A stretch of DNA of 64,000 nucleotides, from assembly GCA_036172245.1 (NCBI GenBank), contig JAYWIR010000041.1, positions 930,001-994,000 of the forward strand. Direction: 5' to 3'. Every line of letters begins with the position of its first letter. Within the stretch, counting starts at the first letter, position 1. A program made the position numbers and the translations under genes. Of the stretch, positions 39,400-51,350 are shown in pieces. Under the pieces are notes generated by a model. That model did no database searches, had not been told where the DNA came from, and saw only the letters and a list, made by a program, of their open reading frames with translations. This DNA is from Raillietiella orientalis (Eukaryota).

Positions 39400-40078
39400 A
39401 CGGCCTCCCATCCTCCGTGAAAAAAGGAGATAGGTGCGGCTGCGGGAGAGAAGGCATTGCTGACTTCCTTCGGAGACCCCGAGCTCGGGACGAATTCGGG
39501 CTCGCCAGTCACCCGAGCCGGACGGTTGCCTGAGCACCCGTCGTCGCGGAACTCCCGGGTCCATCGCAATGCGAAGGACTTTCCGCTCGGCGGAGGAAGG
39601 CCAACGATTCGCACCTCTGGGAGCGGTTCGGTCGAGTTGGACGACCGTGAGGACGCCAGCGATGGCGCCGATCGCACGCAAGCGAGGAGGCGCTCCAGGA
39701 CGCAACCCCTGATCGCTCGAACAACGTAGTCACGGTCGCTGGAGGACGCGGCGCTCTGTCGTCGCCGACCAGGGGGACTAGCCCGGAAGGTCTGGAGTGG
39801 ACGGCCCGCCACCGGAGGAACAACAACGCATTCGAGGCGGAATTCGAGAGCGAAGGGAGGGGAAGGGTGACGGTGACTGGCACGAGCATGGTGAATTCAG
39901 CAACACCCTCTATCCGATCTGCTTTGGAAAAGTGGGCGGACAACGCCCGTAACGGCGACGGCACTCGTCGTCGCATATGACCCTGGGATGTCGACGATCG
40001 GCGAGATGCGCAGAGAAGCAAAGATCCTCAAGAGACAGTCGTAGGTCACCCATCCGACTGGGACGATCCACATCTCTG
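39400..40078 (-). repeat. Right arm of the 679-bp near-perfect inverted repeat
   Basis: Reverse complement of 21666-22344. Confidence 0.95.
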
Positions 40079-40546
40079 ATCCACATCTCGATCCGCATCC
40101 CAAGGTTGAGGTGGTTTCCACGAACACCCTGGGGTGTACGTGGAAATGAGCGTCAGGATGACTTCCCGTGATGAAAGAAACGATGAGAGCCCCTACAGCT
40201 CCACGTCAACGAATCGAAGAGAGCGGGGATTCTGCGAGGATGATAGGAGGTCCCTCTCGTTCGCTTGTCCGCACCCCTCACGCCCATTCAACGTGGCCGT
40301 TGAAAAAAGAAAATGCGGAAGAGTCGAACTCCGATAGCTCCCACCTCGAACTCTTTCTGAATCAGGGGTGACTTGCTGTCGATCCGTATCGAACCAGTTC
40401 ACGCATGCGCGCGCGTCTATGGACGGAAGAAACCCGAAGCAGACACGGTCACTGTGAGTGGAAAAAACAGAGCCAGGTTACAGAGCAAAGAGATGTGTTT
40501 TTTCGTACATATGTGTACATATCGCTTTGTGTATATATATATATAC

Positions 40547-42300
40547 TAAAGGCCAGTAGCAACCTCACTGGAAGATGGTTACCATTGGCCAGGAGCCATC
40601 GTAACAACCTTCCACTGAAGTCGCTACTGGCCTGGGGTGATGGGAATCCTTTTGGGTTCTCTTCTGTTTCTCTGCCTTCCTTCCAGCTTTTTCTTTTTTT
40701 TGCTTCCCGAAGTTCTGAAGGACCCTTCGCCTGGCTGCTGAGGAAGCTCTTCAACACAGTTCTACGCCAACCGAGGGTGCGTACAGTAACTCTTCAAGTT
40801 AGGGGGTACCCGGGAGGGAACCACTGAATGAATCCAGGAAGGGCTCCAGAGAAGGGATTCCATTCCTCTCATGCTTGGACCCCGAAGAGAACCCTCGCCT
40901 TGGTTGTCTCTGATTTCAACCCGGACGCTCCAGGGTGTTTCTTAAATGTAAGGTAAACTCACAAATTGTGCGGACCACGTGTCTTACCACACTCCGTTTG
41001 TCCAAGGACCTGCCGAATCGCTGGTGCTCAGGCCACCGAGGCTCATCTCGACAACGGAGGGGGATGGGAAAGGAAAAACAAAAAGTAAGAATCAATATAA
41101 AAAGTGAATAAAAATAAATAAAAATCTTTGGAAGGAACCAATGTCCACTGAAGGGATCTGCATTCTTTCTAGGATACCATCTAGGTCTGGCCAAATAGGT
41201 CCATCTGGCCGCCATTCGCAGAAAGCGAGCTGCGAACTGGACGGCGTCTCTTCCATTCCTTCCTCTGTCTGCTTCGCTCCAGGCTGCCATTCCACGGATG
41301 CAGCAAAACCCTTCTGGGACTGCGGCTGACTATAGGGCGTTCCGCACAAAGTGGAAAGTAAAACGCTTTTTGGGGTGCCAACCGGGATCTGGGGGGATTG
41401 TTCCGAAACGTTTCCATAGGGACCGGAGGATGACAGTCCACTAGCAGGTGAAGGAGAGATTCCCGTTCCCCGCACCTGAAACAGTCTGGACTTGTCCCAG
41501 AGTTCAGTAGTGTTGACGTGCGTTTCAGGGAAGACCCTACTGCAACAGCAGAAGTGCCGATTTCCGCCATTACAGGGGGAGAACGCTACTGTTCTTGAAC
41601 ACCTCTGGGGCCACTCCAGGTCTTCCCGAGGAGTACCGAGAGGCTCGCTCCAGCGATATAGTCCTCGTGGAAGGGCACTCGCGATCGCAGATCCCCGGAG
41701 GAACCCCCCGCAATGGGCCGCTCAATTATTTCTTCTCCAAAGGGAGCCATGAAAGGATCCGCTCCTGGAATTTCTTCTCCGAAGGGAACCCACAAGGGAA
41801 CCACTCCTTGCTACTCCTAACTCTGAAGAGCACCCTGAAGAAATTGTGCTACTCACAGTTTTCCCTAAAGGGTCGCTCTTGAAGAGAGCAGTACGCTTCT
41901 GACACTCTGGAGAGGCACCCCCCGAGGAGGGTATCAATCAGCTCCATGGCAAGCGATGGACAGCACTCATATCTTCACACCGGAGGGGAACACCCTGATT
42001 CCCGCAAGTACTCCGGGAGGTCAAACTTCTAGCCCCGGTCAGTCAAAGGGGCATCCGGTTTCCGGCTTCCACCAGCTCCTTACGCGAGCCCACAGGCCAA
42101 CCAGCGTCATCTTGCGGGGGAACTCGGAACCCACGACGCACTCCATTTCTCTGGCGTTGATCCTCTACGTGAAGATTCGAACCCGTGGCGCTTGGCACCA
42201 CGGGCGGAGACTGCAGGCGCACGGCTGCCACCGCGTGCCACCGCTTTGTATTTTGGACGTTCCGAAAGCTCCGTTCCATCCCTTGGAGATCGCTCACCAG
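40547..42300 (-). repeat. Unidentified repeat family A, copy 3 (interrupted by a LINE fragment at ~40911-41580)
   Basis: 40547-40910 is the reverse complement of ~46500-46745 and ~35965-36170. ~41690-42290 is the reverse complement of ~35400-35950. Confidence 0.8.
40911..41580 (-). mobile_element. 3' fragment of the L1/Tx1-like family inserted in repeat A
   Basis: Intact knuckle SPDCFRCGERESLLHLLVDC, RFLRMAARWTYL, T-rich UTR, terminus AAGAAACACCCTGGAGCGTCCGGGTTGAAATCA. Confidence 0.75.
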
Positions 42301-45009
42301 GAGCTCGTAATGAGTGAAAGATGGGCGAAGGATGCACGGCTCGCGTACCTTTCTGAACGACAGGAGAAATAAATCCGGAAAACGGGAAATTTTAATGAAG
42401 TGGAATTTTAAGGTCTCCTACGCGAGCTGCGATGGACATGCTTGCACGAACCTAGCAGGGCTGCGTTTCGCAAATTTTCTTCCAGGAACTTTTTCGATTC
42501 CTGCGTTCGCAAGCGGGAAAATCCCAGATGCTCGACGGAGAAACTTGGCCAAGCCGTAAAGATAGCAGCTCCAGAATCATGCCTAAAATTAAAGGCAAAG
42601 ACTGAAATCAGGTCCACGCTGTTCCCCGTGACCTGGAATATCCTGTCCCAACTCTACTACCGGAAAGCCCCACCGCAGTACCGGACGTCCCTTTGTGAAC
42701 AGAAGCGGGCTTTTCGCTTTGGAGACCAAAAGTTGCCGAGTGTCCGCTTCGATTCGGGCCGGGCGCAAAGCATGCGTCCCTGACGATCATCAGAACCGGA
42801 GAAAAGAAGAGACAGGGTGGATTCCGTTAGTCTCGCAGACCAGAGGACCAACAAGTGGAGTCCCCAGAGACCTGTTTGCTCACGTTGGCGGTCTTTCCTG
42901 CCTTGTCAAAACGAGACGCGTACGCCGAAAGGGTCTGCAAGCTAAACTCATTCTGAAGACTTGAAGGAGGATGCAAGAAGAACCAACGCTGGAATGAACA
43001 AAGACAAACATGGGAAAGGAATTGTCAGGGTTTCATCGACGAAACTCCTCAAAGCAAGGAGTCTACAAAGGGAAAAAGGAGAAGAAAAAAAACACTTTGA
43101 AAAAAAAAAAATCAGTTGATACCTTCATCGAACAAATTCGAACGAATTTTTGCTTCCGTCCAGGATTTCTGCCGTCAGAAGGAAAAAAAAATGTGCCTAA
43201 GCTGATTTTTACAATCGTGACAATCTCCAAGTAAAGAATTTCCCTGCGTGACAAGAAGAAATGCTCAGGCTGAGAAATCAGGTCTCAGAAACGCTGAGTT
43301 TTAAACCAGTAGAAGATGCAGTCAGTCGTGGAAGAAATGTAAGAAAGAAACTTCAAAGAGAGGACAGCATTGGGACTTTTTTAATAAGTGATCACTGGGA
43401 CGGGCACATTCCAGTGAGAGGAATCAGATTTCGCCACGGAGTTGTCGATGGAGATTTCACCGATGGCTCAGAGCAGAGAAGAGCTCTTGTCCTACCAAAT
43501 GCAGCGAAGGAAGCTGTTGTTTAGCTGGGCGCATGAAGCGAGAAAGTTGGAATTTGACCAGCTTTGGTCAGGAGTCGCTCGATCGATTGGGAATGCATGC
43601 AATCAGGTGCGATCTTGGTTCCCAAGGTTCCCGGTTCAGAAGAAGATGATGAATTGCTTGTAATATCTACACAAGAAAATCAGGTTCGGGATAGGAAGTT
43701 CTTGAAAGTAAGACGATCTCTCAGCACGAGTCACATCTACCCTTGAGTTTCCCATTCGAGGAATTCCATACCATGAGGAAGACGACCCCTACACACAAAG
43801 ATATTTGCATCTCAACCAGAGCTGTCATCTGAAGAATGTGCTCGCAAGCTTTGTCTTGCAGTGGTTGTGAGACCTTCTCAATGAGTATTCAAAATACGGG
43901 AATGACATTCCGATCAACGCCATCTGTTGATGAGCTCCTAATATGAGCCCATTGCATGCATTGCAGAAAACATTGCAGCAGCTGACTGGAAGAAAAGATG
44001 GAGAACAGACGGATAAGCTAGCAGTGGCATTCATGCATGAGCGCAGAAGAATAAAAATCCAACAGCCTTTTAATGAAGCATTCACCTTCAACAAGAAAAA
44101 GACAGGGCTGGTTGTTCTCACGTTCTGTGGCACTAACTTTTCGCGTGATCTACGATAGTCTCTACCGGTGAAAAATAAAGCGCTTCGAGGGAGCCATTCA
44201 TTTGCTATTCCTCTGTTCCAATGGATGTACAAACATCTCCGTCAACACATGAATCTGCTGAATCGTCATATACCTATGTGAAAGTTCTGTATTACTGTGA
44301 AGAATTACATCAGGGTACTCTAAAGTGTGCTTCTTTCATCTTCTGAATTGGGAATCTTTTCCTTGTTTGTTTGTTTGTTCAATGTACCACACTGAAACAA
44401 TCTCGTCACTGTTCTTTGACAATAACTGGAAAGACAAGTACCAAGCACTTCGCCTGGAGCGTTCTCAAAGATCACAAAATTCGTTCTGGAGCATCAGTGC
44501 AAGAACTGGACAACCCTTTCCGGAGCACTTTCTCTATTGCTTGGTGATTTCACTTCTCACTCTCTCAAATCGAGGATCTGCTGTCTAAAGTCTCGGTGCT
44601 TTACGAAATCCTCTGAATCTCAAGAGAAAATCAAGCATGTTGTAACTGATGTTCTTGAGAAAAACTTTGTCAGCTTTGTTTCGTGCGGCAGGGCAGTTGC
44701 TCAAAGCACCTGAAAAGCTCCTCATGAACTTAAAGGATTTTTCTATGTATTTAAGCAGGGTGTTCGGAAGATGGCTGCACCTCCTGGCTAGTATAATGAT
44801 ATTCTAGTTCTTTCAAAATACTACTCCCGTGTGGCTATCACCAACTGTTTTCTGTGGTCATGCCGAGCTCACCGGCCTCGTCACCATGAATGTGGTGAAC
44901 AATTCAAGGAACTATCGGCCCGCGTTGACCGACCGTGTGGCCAACGCGGGCTCATTGCATGCATTGAGGATGCCAAACGCTGCGGGTTCCAATACCCGTA
45001 AAAGATCGA

Positions 45010-45880
45010 CTCCGGTAAATGGTTGCCTTGGTCCAGGAGAACAAGTGGATTTCCTGCCGCCCCGCCAACTGCAGTGCCTGGGAAACAGGAAACGGTTCAG
45101 GAGTGGGCGAAAAACAACGGCACGAGCCCGGAGCCATCGCGATGCCTGCGATTCCCGAACTGCGCCCGCACTCGTTGCAGGAAATCATGGGCTGTCCAAG
45201 GAAGACCACCTGGGCTTGGAACACCCTACTTGCAGCCACGGCGGACACATGCGACAAAGTGGAAACAGCGATGCGCCCGCAAGATGAGAAGTATCCTGCG
45301 AGATCGCGGGGAAAAAGAAGCAGCTGGGATGCTAGACGGTGCATCAACTGGCTGACGCATGTACCCCTGCCGCCCTCCTCAAATTCGGGAATTCGCCGTT
45401 GGACGGAACTCCTGGACATTCCTCCCAAAGAGACGGAAATACCCCCAGTGTTTGTGGACAGTCCCACGCTTCCCCTGAAGTAGCAGGACTCGGCACTGCA
45501 GTTGCTGCACTGGGCGATCTTTTGAAACGCACGAGTCCACCACTGGACGGGGGAGGGGGGTGCGGCCCCAGATTGTGCCAGGTGCGGGGAGCGGCAAACC
45601 TTCCCGCACCTGTTGTTGGATTGTTTGTCCTCCTGAGTGTCCGGGAACGCTTCGCTGCGGCCCTCCCACTCCCGATGGGCAATGGCAGAGAGGTCTTGCG
45701 GCTCCTCTTCGCGGGCGACTCGATGTCTCCTGCAGTTTCCCTTGCAGCTCCCTGGTGCCTTCGTGGGATCGTGGCAGCGGGAAGCCGCGCCGAAAGAGAC
45801 CAGTCGAATGATGAGGTCAACGCAATTGTCTGCTCCCTCTTTAGGAAGGCGACAAGATGGCCACATCTCTACCAATAAAA
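45010..45880 (+). mobile_element. ORF2 C-terminal fragment of the L1/Tx1-like family
   Basis: The frame from 45481 reads QDSALQLLHWAIF*NARVHHWTGEGGAAPDCARCGERQTFPHLLLDC (CCHC knuckle). After a frameshift come PWCLRGIVAA and KATRWPHLYQ. Confidence 0.75.
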
Positions 45881-46059
45881 GGAGGAAGTTGCCAACATCC
45901 TCCGGAGAATGCCTAGGACGCCCTCATTTTGCTGTCCTCATGAAGAGGACAGCAAAATAGATGGCTCCCTTGTCGTTGTGGCCTCCTCTGGCGTTGCTAC
46001 ATGTGGCCACGGTCCCGCGTAGGCAGCACAGTGCTGCTAGGGCTGCTAGGTGCAGCAAT

Positions 46060-46764
46060 GGTGGAAGCCGGAAACCGAATGCCCCTTTGGCTGACAGGGA
46101 TTGGAAGTTTGACTCCCCAGGGTCTTTTCGGAAATCAAGGTGTTCCCCTCCAGTTGTGAAGATGGGAGCTGTCCATCGCGTGCCATGGAGCTGGCTGACG
46201 CCCTTCTCGGGGGGTGCCTCTCCAGAGTGTCAGAATCGCGCTGCTCCCTTCGGGAGCGACTCTTCAGGGAAAATTGTGGCCTTTGGGGTGCTCTACAGAG
46301 GATAGGTAGCAAGGAGCGGATCCTTTCCAGGGGGTCTCTCAGAAAAGAAATTCGGGAGCGGATCTTTTGCAGGTTCCCTTCGGAAACTAAATAAGGAATT
46401 TCCCTCTCCGGGGTCCATCCGGAGAGAATAAGTAAGAGGTTCCTTTGTGGGTTCCCTTCAGAAACAATCAGGGCGAGAGGGGCCCCCCTCAAGTCTAAAA
46501 GGAACGGATTCCTTCTTCCTGAACCCTTCCTGGATTCATAGGATGATCCCTAACCCAAGAGTTGACACGCGCCCTCGGGTGGCGTGGGCAGTGTCAAAGT
46601 TTCGTGAGCGCCTCCTAAGGAGGTGATACTTAGCGAACCCGAAAAAAAGAAAAAGCTGGAAGGAAGGCAGAGAAACAGAAAAGCGCCCAAAAGGATTCCC
46701 AGGCCGATGGTAACGATCTCCCCGTGAAATCGCTACTGGCCTTTAAAAAAAAAAAAAAAAAAAA
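46060..46764 (+). repeat. Unidentified repeat family A, copy 4 (ends GCTACTGGCCTTT followed by A20)
   Basis: Direct similarity to 35600-36150 and inverted similarity to 40547-40910. Confidence 0.82.
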
Positions 46765-49700
46765 TCAAGGAATTGTTAGCTTCCTGTTCGAAGGTGGTTC
46801 GCATCACATGCCTGTTCCCCGGAATAAGCCATGCCAATTTTCAAGCTCTCTTTGCCAGTTTTGAACTTGCCATCGATGGCACCGCTGCGCATTCTCATCA
46901 TTTGTTTGTTTTCCCCCTCGTGCTCCCTCGTCCCTCTCGCCAAGTGTTTGCTGACTCGAAGTTTCGTTCCCTTTGAACTTACACCACTTGTCGGTGCGTG
47001 CTCGCTGCGAAGTGTTTATCTCGACACTTCTTCATTCATGGAATCCCTCGCATGATGCGAATGTATTTGGAGATGCCTCATCTCACCGTATGAGTACGCT
47101 GCTTCATCATTTCATGACAGTCTTCATGGTGCGATACGTGCCCGCTGTACCATGAGGTTTGTGCGCTTATTGGGCGAAACGAATCCCATGTGAGATGCGT
47201 ACACTTAAAATGTGCTCCCTTCTGTTTTGGTTCTATGTTCCTGATTTCAATTTCACTTTCCCTTCAGTATTCCAAAGATGCATCTTTTCGTTAATAAATC
47301 TGTTGTGTCGGCAAGGGCTTGTTTTACTAGATGGCTTTGGATGCCGTGAAAATCTCTTCAAGAGTACACTAAGAGATTGCGAGCACAGAATTCACTGTGA
47401 CGCCTTCAACGCGTTTCAAAAGTCTGATACTTCCAGACACAATGAGTGTTGACGCGTGACATAAACCTGCCTTCGGCCAAGTTTATCAAAACGTAGTGGC
47501 GTTCTTGTGGACACCGCAGCGTTGCGATGCACCTTTTATCCTGAAGATTCACTTCCCAGCGCAACCTGGGATGATGACTGTTTATTGTTTATGCCGCGTG
47601 ATATTTGCAGGGTTCATTTATTTTTTAAGCATCGTTTAACGTGAACTCTTACTTGGTTTCTACTGACACAACCTCCATGAAGACATCCTTAAGACTGAGA
47701 GGTGAAGAAACTGATTTTTGAACATCAGCAGTTGTCTTCAGGCGAACAACATTCCAATATCCATAAAGTTATGGGGTCATAGAGAAAAGGATCATTTTTA
47801 TGATTTCTCGAAGCGGAGTACCCAACGTCCGTTATTCGTAAACCAAGGCTTCTTTTCATAGCAAAAAAAAAAAAATTGAAATAAAAAAAAGTTGCAATAC
47901 ACAGCGTCTTCTGAGATCTGTTGGCAACACCATAGATGTTGTATTTGCCTTGTTTTGATCAACTCGGTTCATCCACAATCAACAACGAGAAGGAAAGACA
48001 TGTGTCGGAGATGGTGCGTATGCATCTCATGAAACTGGGGATGTCGGAAACCTCGTTTGTGACAAACTGGGGCGGTCACGATCGATTCCCAACACGGAAA
48101 AGAACATGGTCCACACTCCACCTCATCTGCGCCAAGTCCTTCCACTTGAAACGCATCACATCTGCAGCCAGGACAATTTGAGAGAAAGGAGCTTTCTGAA
48201 ATCCCATGTTCCAAATCCTTCACCCTGGAGGCCCGCCCGAGGTTTCTGCAGCATGCATATACATCTCCACTCTTCACATTGTACAATATTCATTACAGGA
48301 GCTGCAAAAATTTGAATGTGTACACCGAATCAGCGTAGAAAAGTTTCGGTCTTCGAAAATCTGTGTTGAGAATCGATGCCTTTTCTGGGTAATTTTTGGG
48401 GCATTTCAGGAGGAACGTTGCCACTAGAGATTCTCCTTCCTCAACTGGTCTTCTAACCCGTTCTTTTGCTGTTGTCCACTAGCTTCTTCTTAAGACTGCC
48501 ATAATGAAGAATGCGAGACACGTTCTCACTGGCAGGTCGTACTTCGGAGAGATGCACTTCCTCCTCTGGAGGAATGCTAGAAGGTGTGTTTTGGATTTCT
48601 AACACTTCTCACATGCTTCCAGTCGCTGTCCAGAGTTTCGCAATGGAAGATGCACATTTGTGTCTCGGTCTCTCTGAACGCGGAGCAATGCTGATCCTTT
48701 CTGTTTTGAGGCCAGTGCTTGAGTCTCTGTTCACGTGGCAATCCTGAATGGTGGAAGAGAAATGAATTCTCTGAGCCTTCTACAGAGAGTTTCGTCTTGC
48801 ACACACAGTCTTGGTTTTTAATGACTCCGGGGATGCAGTTGACCTTTCGATTTTCTTAAGGCTTCATCGTTGGTGCTTTGCTAATCGCCTGATTACTGTG
48901 TTCTTCCTTCCCCCTATCGGTATTATTTCTCTTCATATGTACCTCTTTCTTTGGGTGGATCTTCCTCCTGAGGTTTCCACTCTTGTGATCAGGAAAACAC
49001 AGGAAGCAAAAAGACCCCGACAGACATCGAGAGTCGCTGAGTAGATCCGACTGGATTCGAAAGATCCGGCATCACCACAGAGATTTAGAAACGAATGCAA
49101 CCACGAGGTGTTCAGAATTCGCGGAATGGGTGTTTTTAAGTTCGGTTCGTATCCAAGCTGAGAATCCAAAAACCAACTCCTGCTTTTTCCAAACTAGCAC
49201 GCCTCTACAGGGAAAGCGGTAAGCTTAAAAGCCTTGACCAGAGCCACCATCAATGTCATAACACTCTGTTCAATAGAATTCCATGGCACGGAAAGTCACA
49301 ATAATGTTATCTAATAGTGTACAATACCGCAACGTCTGATAGTGTACTACAGGCTAGCTATGTTTCAGTTCACATGGAGCATGAAAAATTCGCTAAAAAT
49401 TTCTCCGCCTTCATTGAAGCTAGATTGAAGAATAGATTGACCTCCTTTTTTCTTCCCCCCTCTATCGATAATTTGGCACGATGACTCACACGCATTTCTT
49501 CAAATTCAGCGTGCATGTATAGATTGTTTTCATTTCTCTAATATTTTCATAATTATTTGATAGGTCGCATCGCATTCCGTCTTCCCGCCGAGACCCATAT
49601 GATTAACTGATGTAAACGACATCAAAGCACACACTGGTAACGAAAACCAGGTGTGTCCCATTAGTTTAGCCAAAGAATCTTCGCATAATACTCCTCGAGG

Positions 49701-50719
49701 AGGGATTGTTCCGCAAAGTTTTCGGGTAAACGCTGGTGTGCTGGCTAATGTAATTTCCTTGAGATTGCTCGCAGCCCCATGTTTAAAATCAACATCCCAG
49801 TTGGCGTACTTCATTTTCTTAGAGTGCAAGGAAGGCTTTTCTTCAGCACTGCAGCGAGGCTCAATCGTGGCTCCCTTTCACCTCGTAGCAGTCTTTGAGC
49901 CATCTTTTTAAATTACTCGGGCGAGAGGACAAGCTGCTGGCATCTCCGATCTACCCAAGAAGAGGCATTGGACGAACTTTTTCCGGGTATCACTGCAGCC
50001 ACCCTGCAATGGCATATGGATACGGAAGTGAAGCATCATCAGCAGGCTGGTGATGCACTTTGAAGGCGAGGAGCAGAAGGAAATGGGACCCTTTTCGGCT
50101 AGCATCCGAGCGTCCTTCGGAAAGTTTTCCCTGCAATCTCGGGAATCCTGCTCCCAATTCAAGCATTTATGTGAACAGCAGTTGCGTCTTAGGTACCGAC
50201 TTTGATACGCTTTCTGTATAAAAAGGAAAACAAATAGCAAGTTAATCTCACGCTCAGTTTTACAATGAGCCAATCTGATCTGATCATTGTAAAATGCAGT
50301 TGGAAGGAGATTAATTACACGCGACGATGCATCAGAGATGTTTTTCAGACCGATGCTGTCATTAAAGGGAATACGAGAAAATAGGTTGAAGGAACGTCCT
50401 GTTGCTACTTGTCATCAGCTTGATTCCACTGAAATTCGAAAGAATCCCGATAGAGTTGAACTGACAACTCGGAAAGAAACGATTGAAATCAGCCGAACCT
50501 CTTTGCTTACAGCCAAGACGACCTTAACTCTTAGAGGAAGAAAAAGTTGCTACGTCTTTGTTTGATGGATTTAGAATCGTTGGATTCTTTTTAGGAATTC
50601 TTAATCAAATGGTGAAAAGTGAAGCCTAAAGACTTGCTGCTCCTAAACACCAGCTGCTGAGGACGACTGCCGATAACTCAGAATGAAAGCAGAAGTGCAG
50701 TTTCTCTTAATCACCAATG

Positions 50720-51350
50720 TGTGGACCTGAGAGAAAACTTACTCCAGAGAGTCTGTTTAGGAGAATTCGGATTTAAGCACTTGACAAATAGATCCTGTAA
50801 GCATCTATTTATCAAAGTGACCGTTGCGTATATTCTGCCATCTCAAACAGTTATCGCGGGTACTCGATGGATCGTTCGTTCTCAGGTCGCAACCACACAC
50901 CGTTCCTATTTTTTGTGTCCCCCCTCCCCTCCCATCGAACGCACCATTCTGTTCTTTCATTTGGCCTGAACAGTCGTTGCCTGTCCTTTCGAGGCAGTAC
51001 AAAAGTGCTCCGGGAAGAAAGGAGACCAGACTCAAAGACCTTGCTGGTTTCCTCACAACTATGGATGTTCGAACCCCTAATAGTTGGCTCCCGAGGGTGC
51101 TGGAGTCTCCGCAGTAAAGGGGTGATGCGAAAGCTGGAGTTCCCACGGTTCGGGACAGACATTCCCGATGAAGGAATCTCCCAGAACATGGATGTCCAAG
51201 AACTGCCACCGATCATCGGGGCTGTGGACAGAGGATTTTTGGGAAGAACTCCATAATCTCATGGGAGCAGAACAAGAAGAGAGGCAGGGCATGGAGAAAA
51301 TGATTGCGAAGAACCCTTCATTCTCTGCGGTCTCCCGGTTCACTCAGTAA
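50720..51350 (+). pseudogene. Possible LRR-CT/TIR (Toll-like receptor) remnant
   Basis: Weak motifs in the expected order across frames: VDLRENLLQRVC, SKTLLVSS, TDIPDEGIS, LWTEDFWEELHNLM (TIR box3-like FWxxL). Confidence 0.25.

Noticed and set aside
40547..46745. One 6.2-kb DNA transposon with long TIRs (TAAAGGCCAGTAGC...GCTACTGGCCTTTA)
   Set aside because: The arms are diverged, further copies lie at 34.6 and 35.4 kb, there is no transposase inside, and no convincing TSD beyond a possible TA. Better explained as separate copies, though not fully excluded.
46745..46764. A20 as proof of retrotransposition of repeat A
   Set aside because: A/T homopolymers of 10-22 nt are common throughout the window, and copy 3 ends at the same point without an A-tail.
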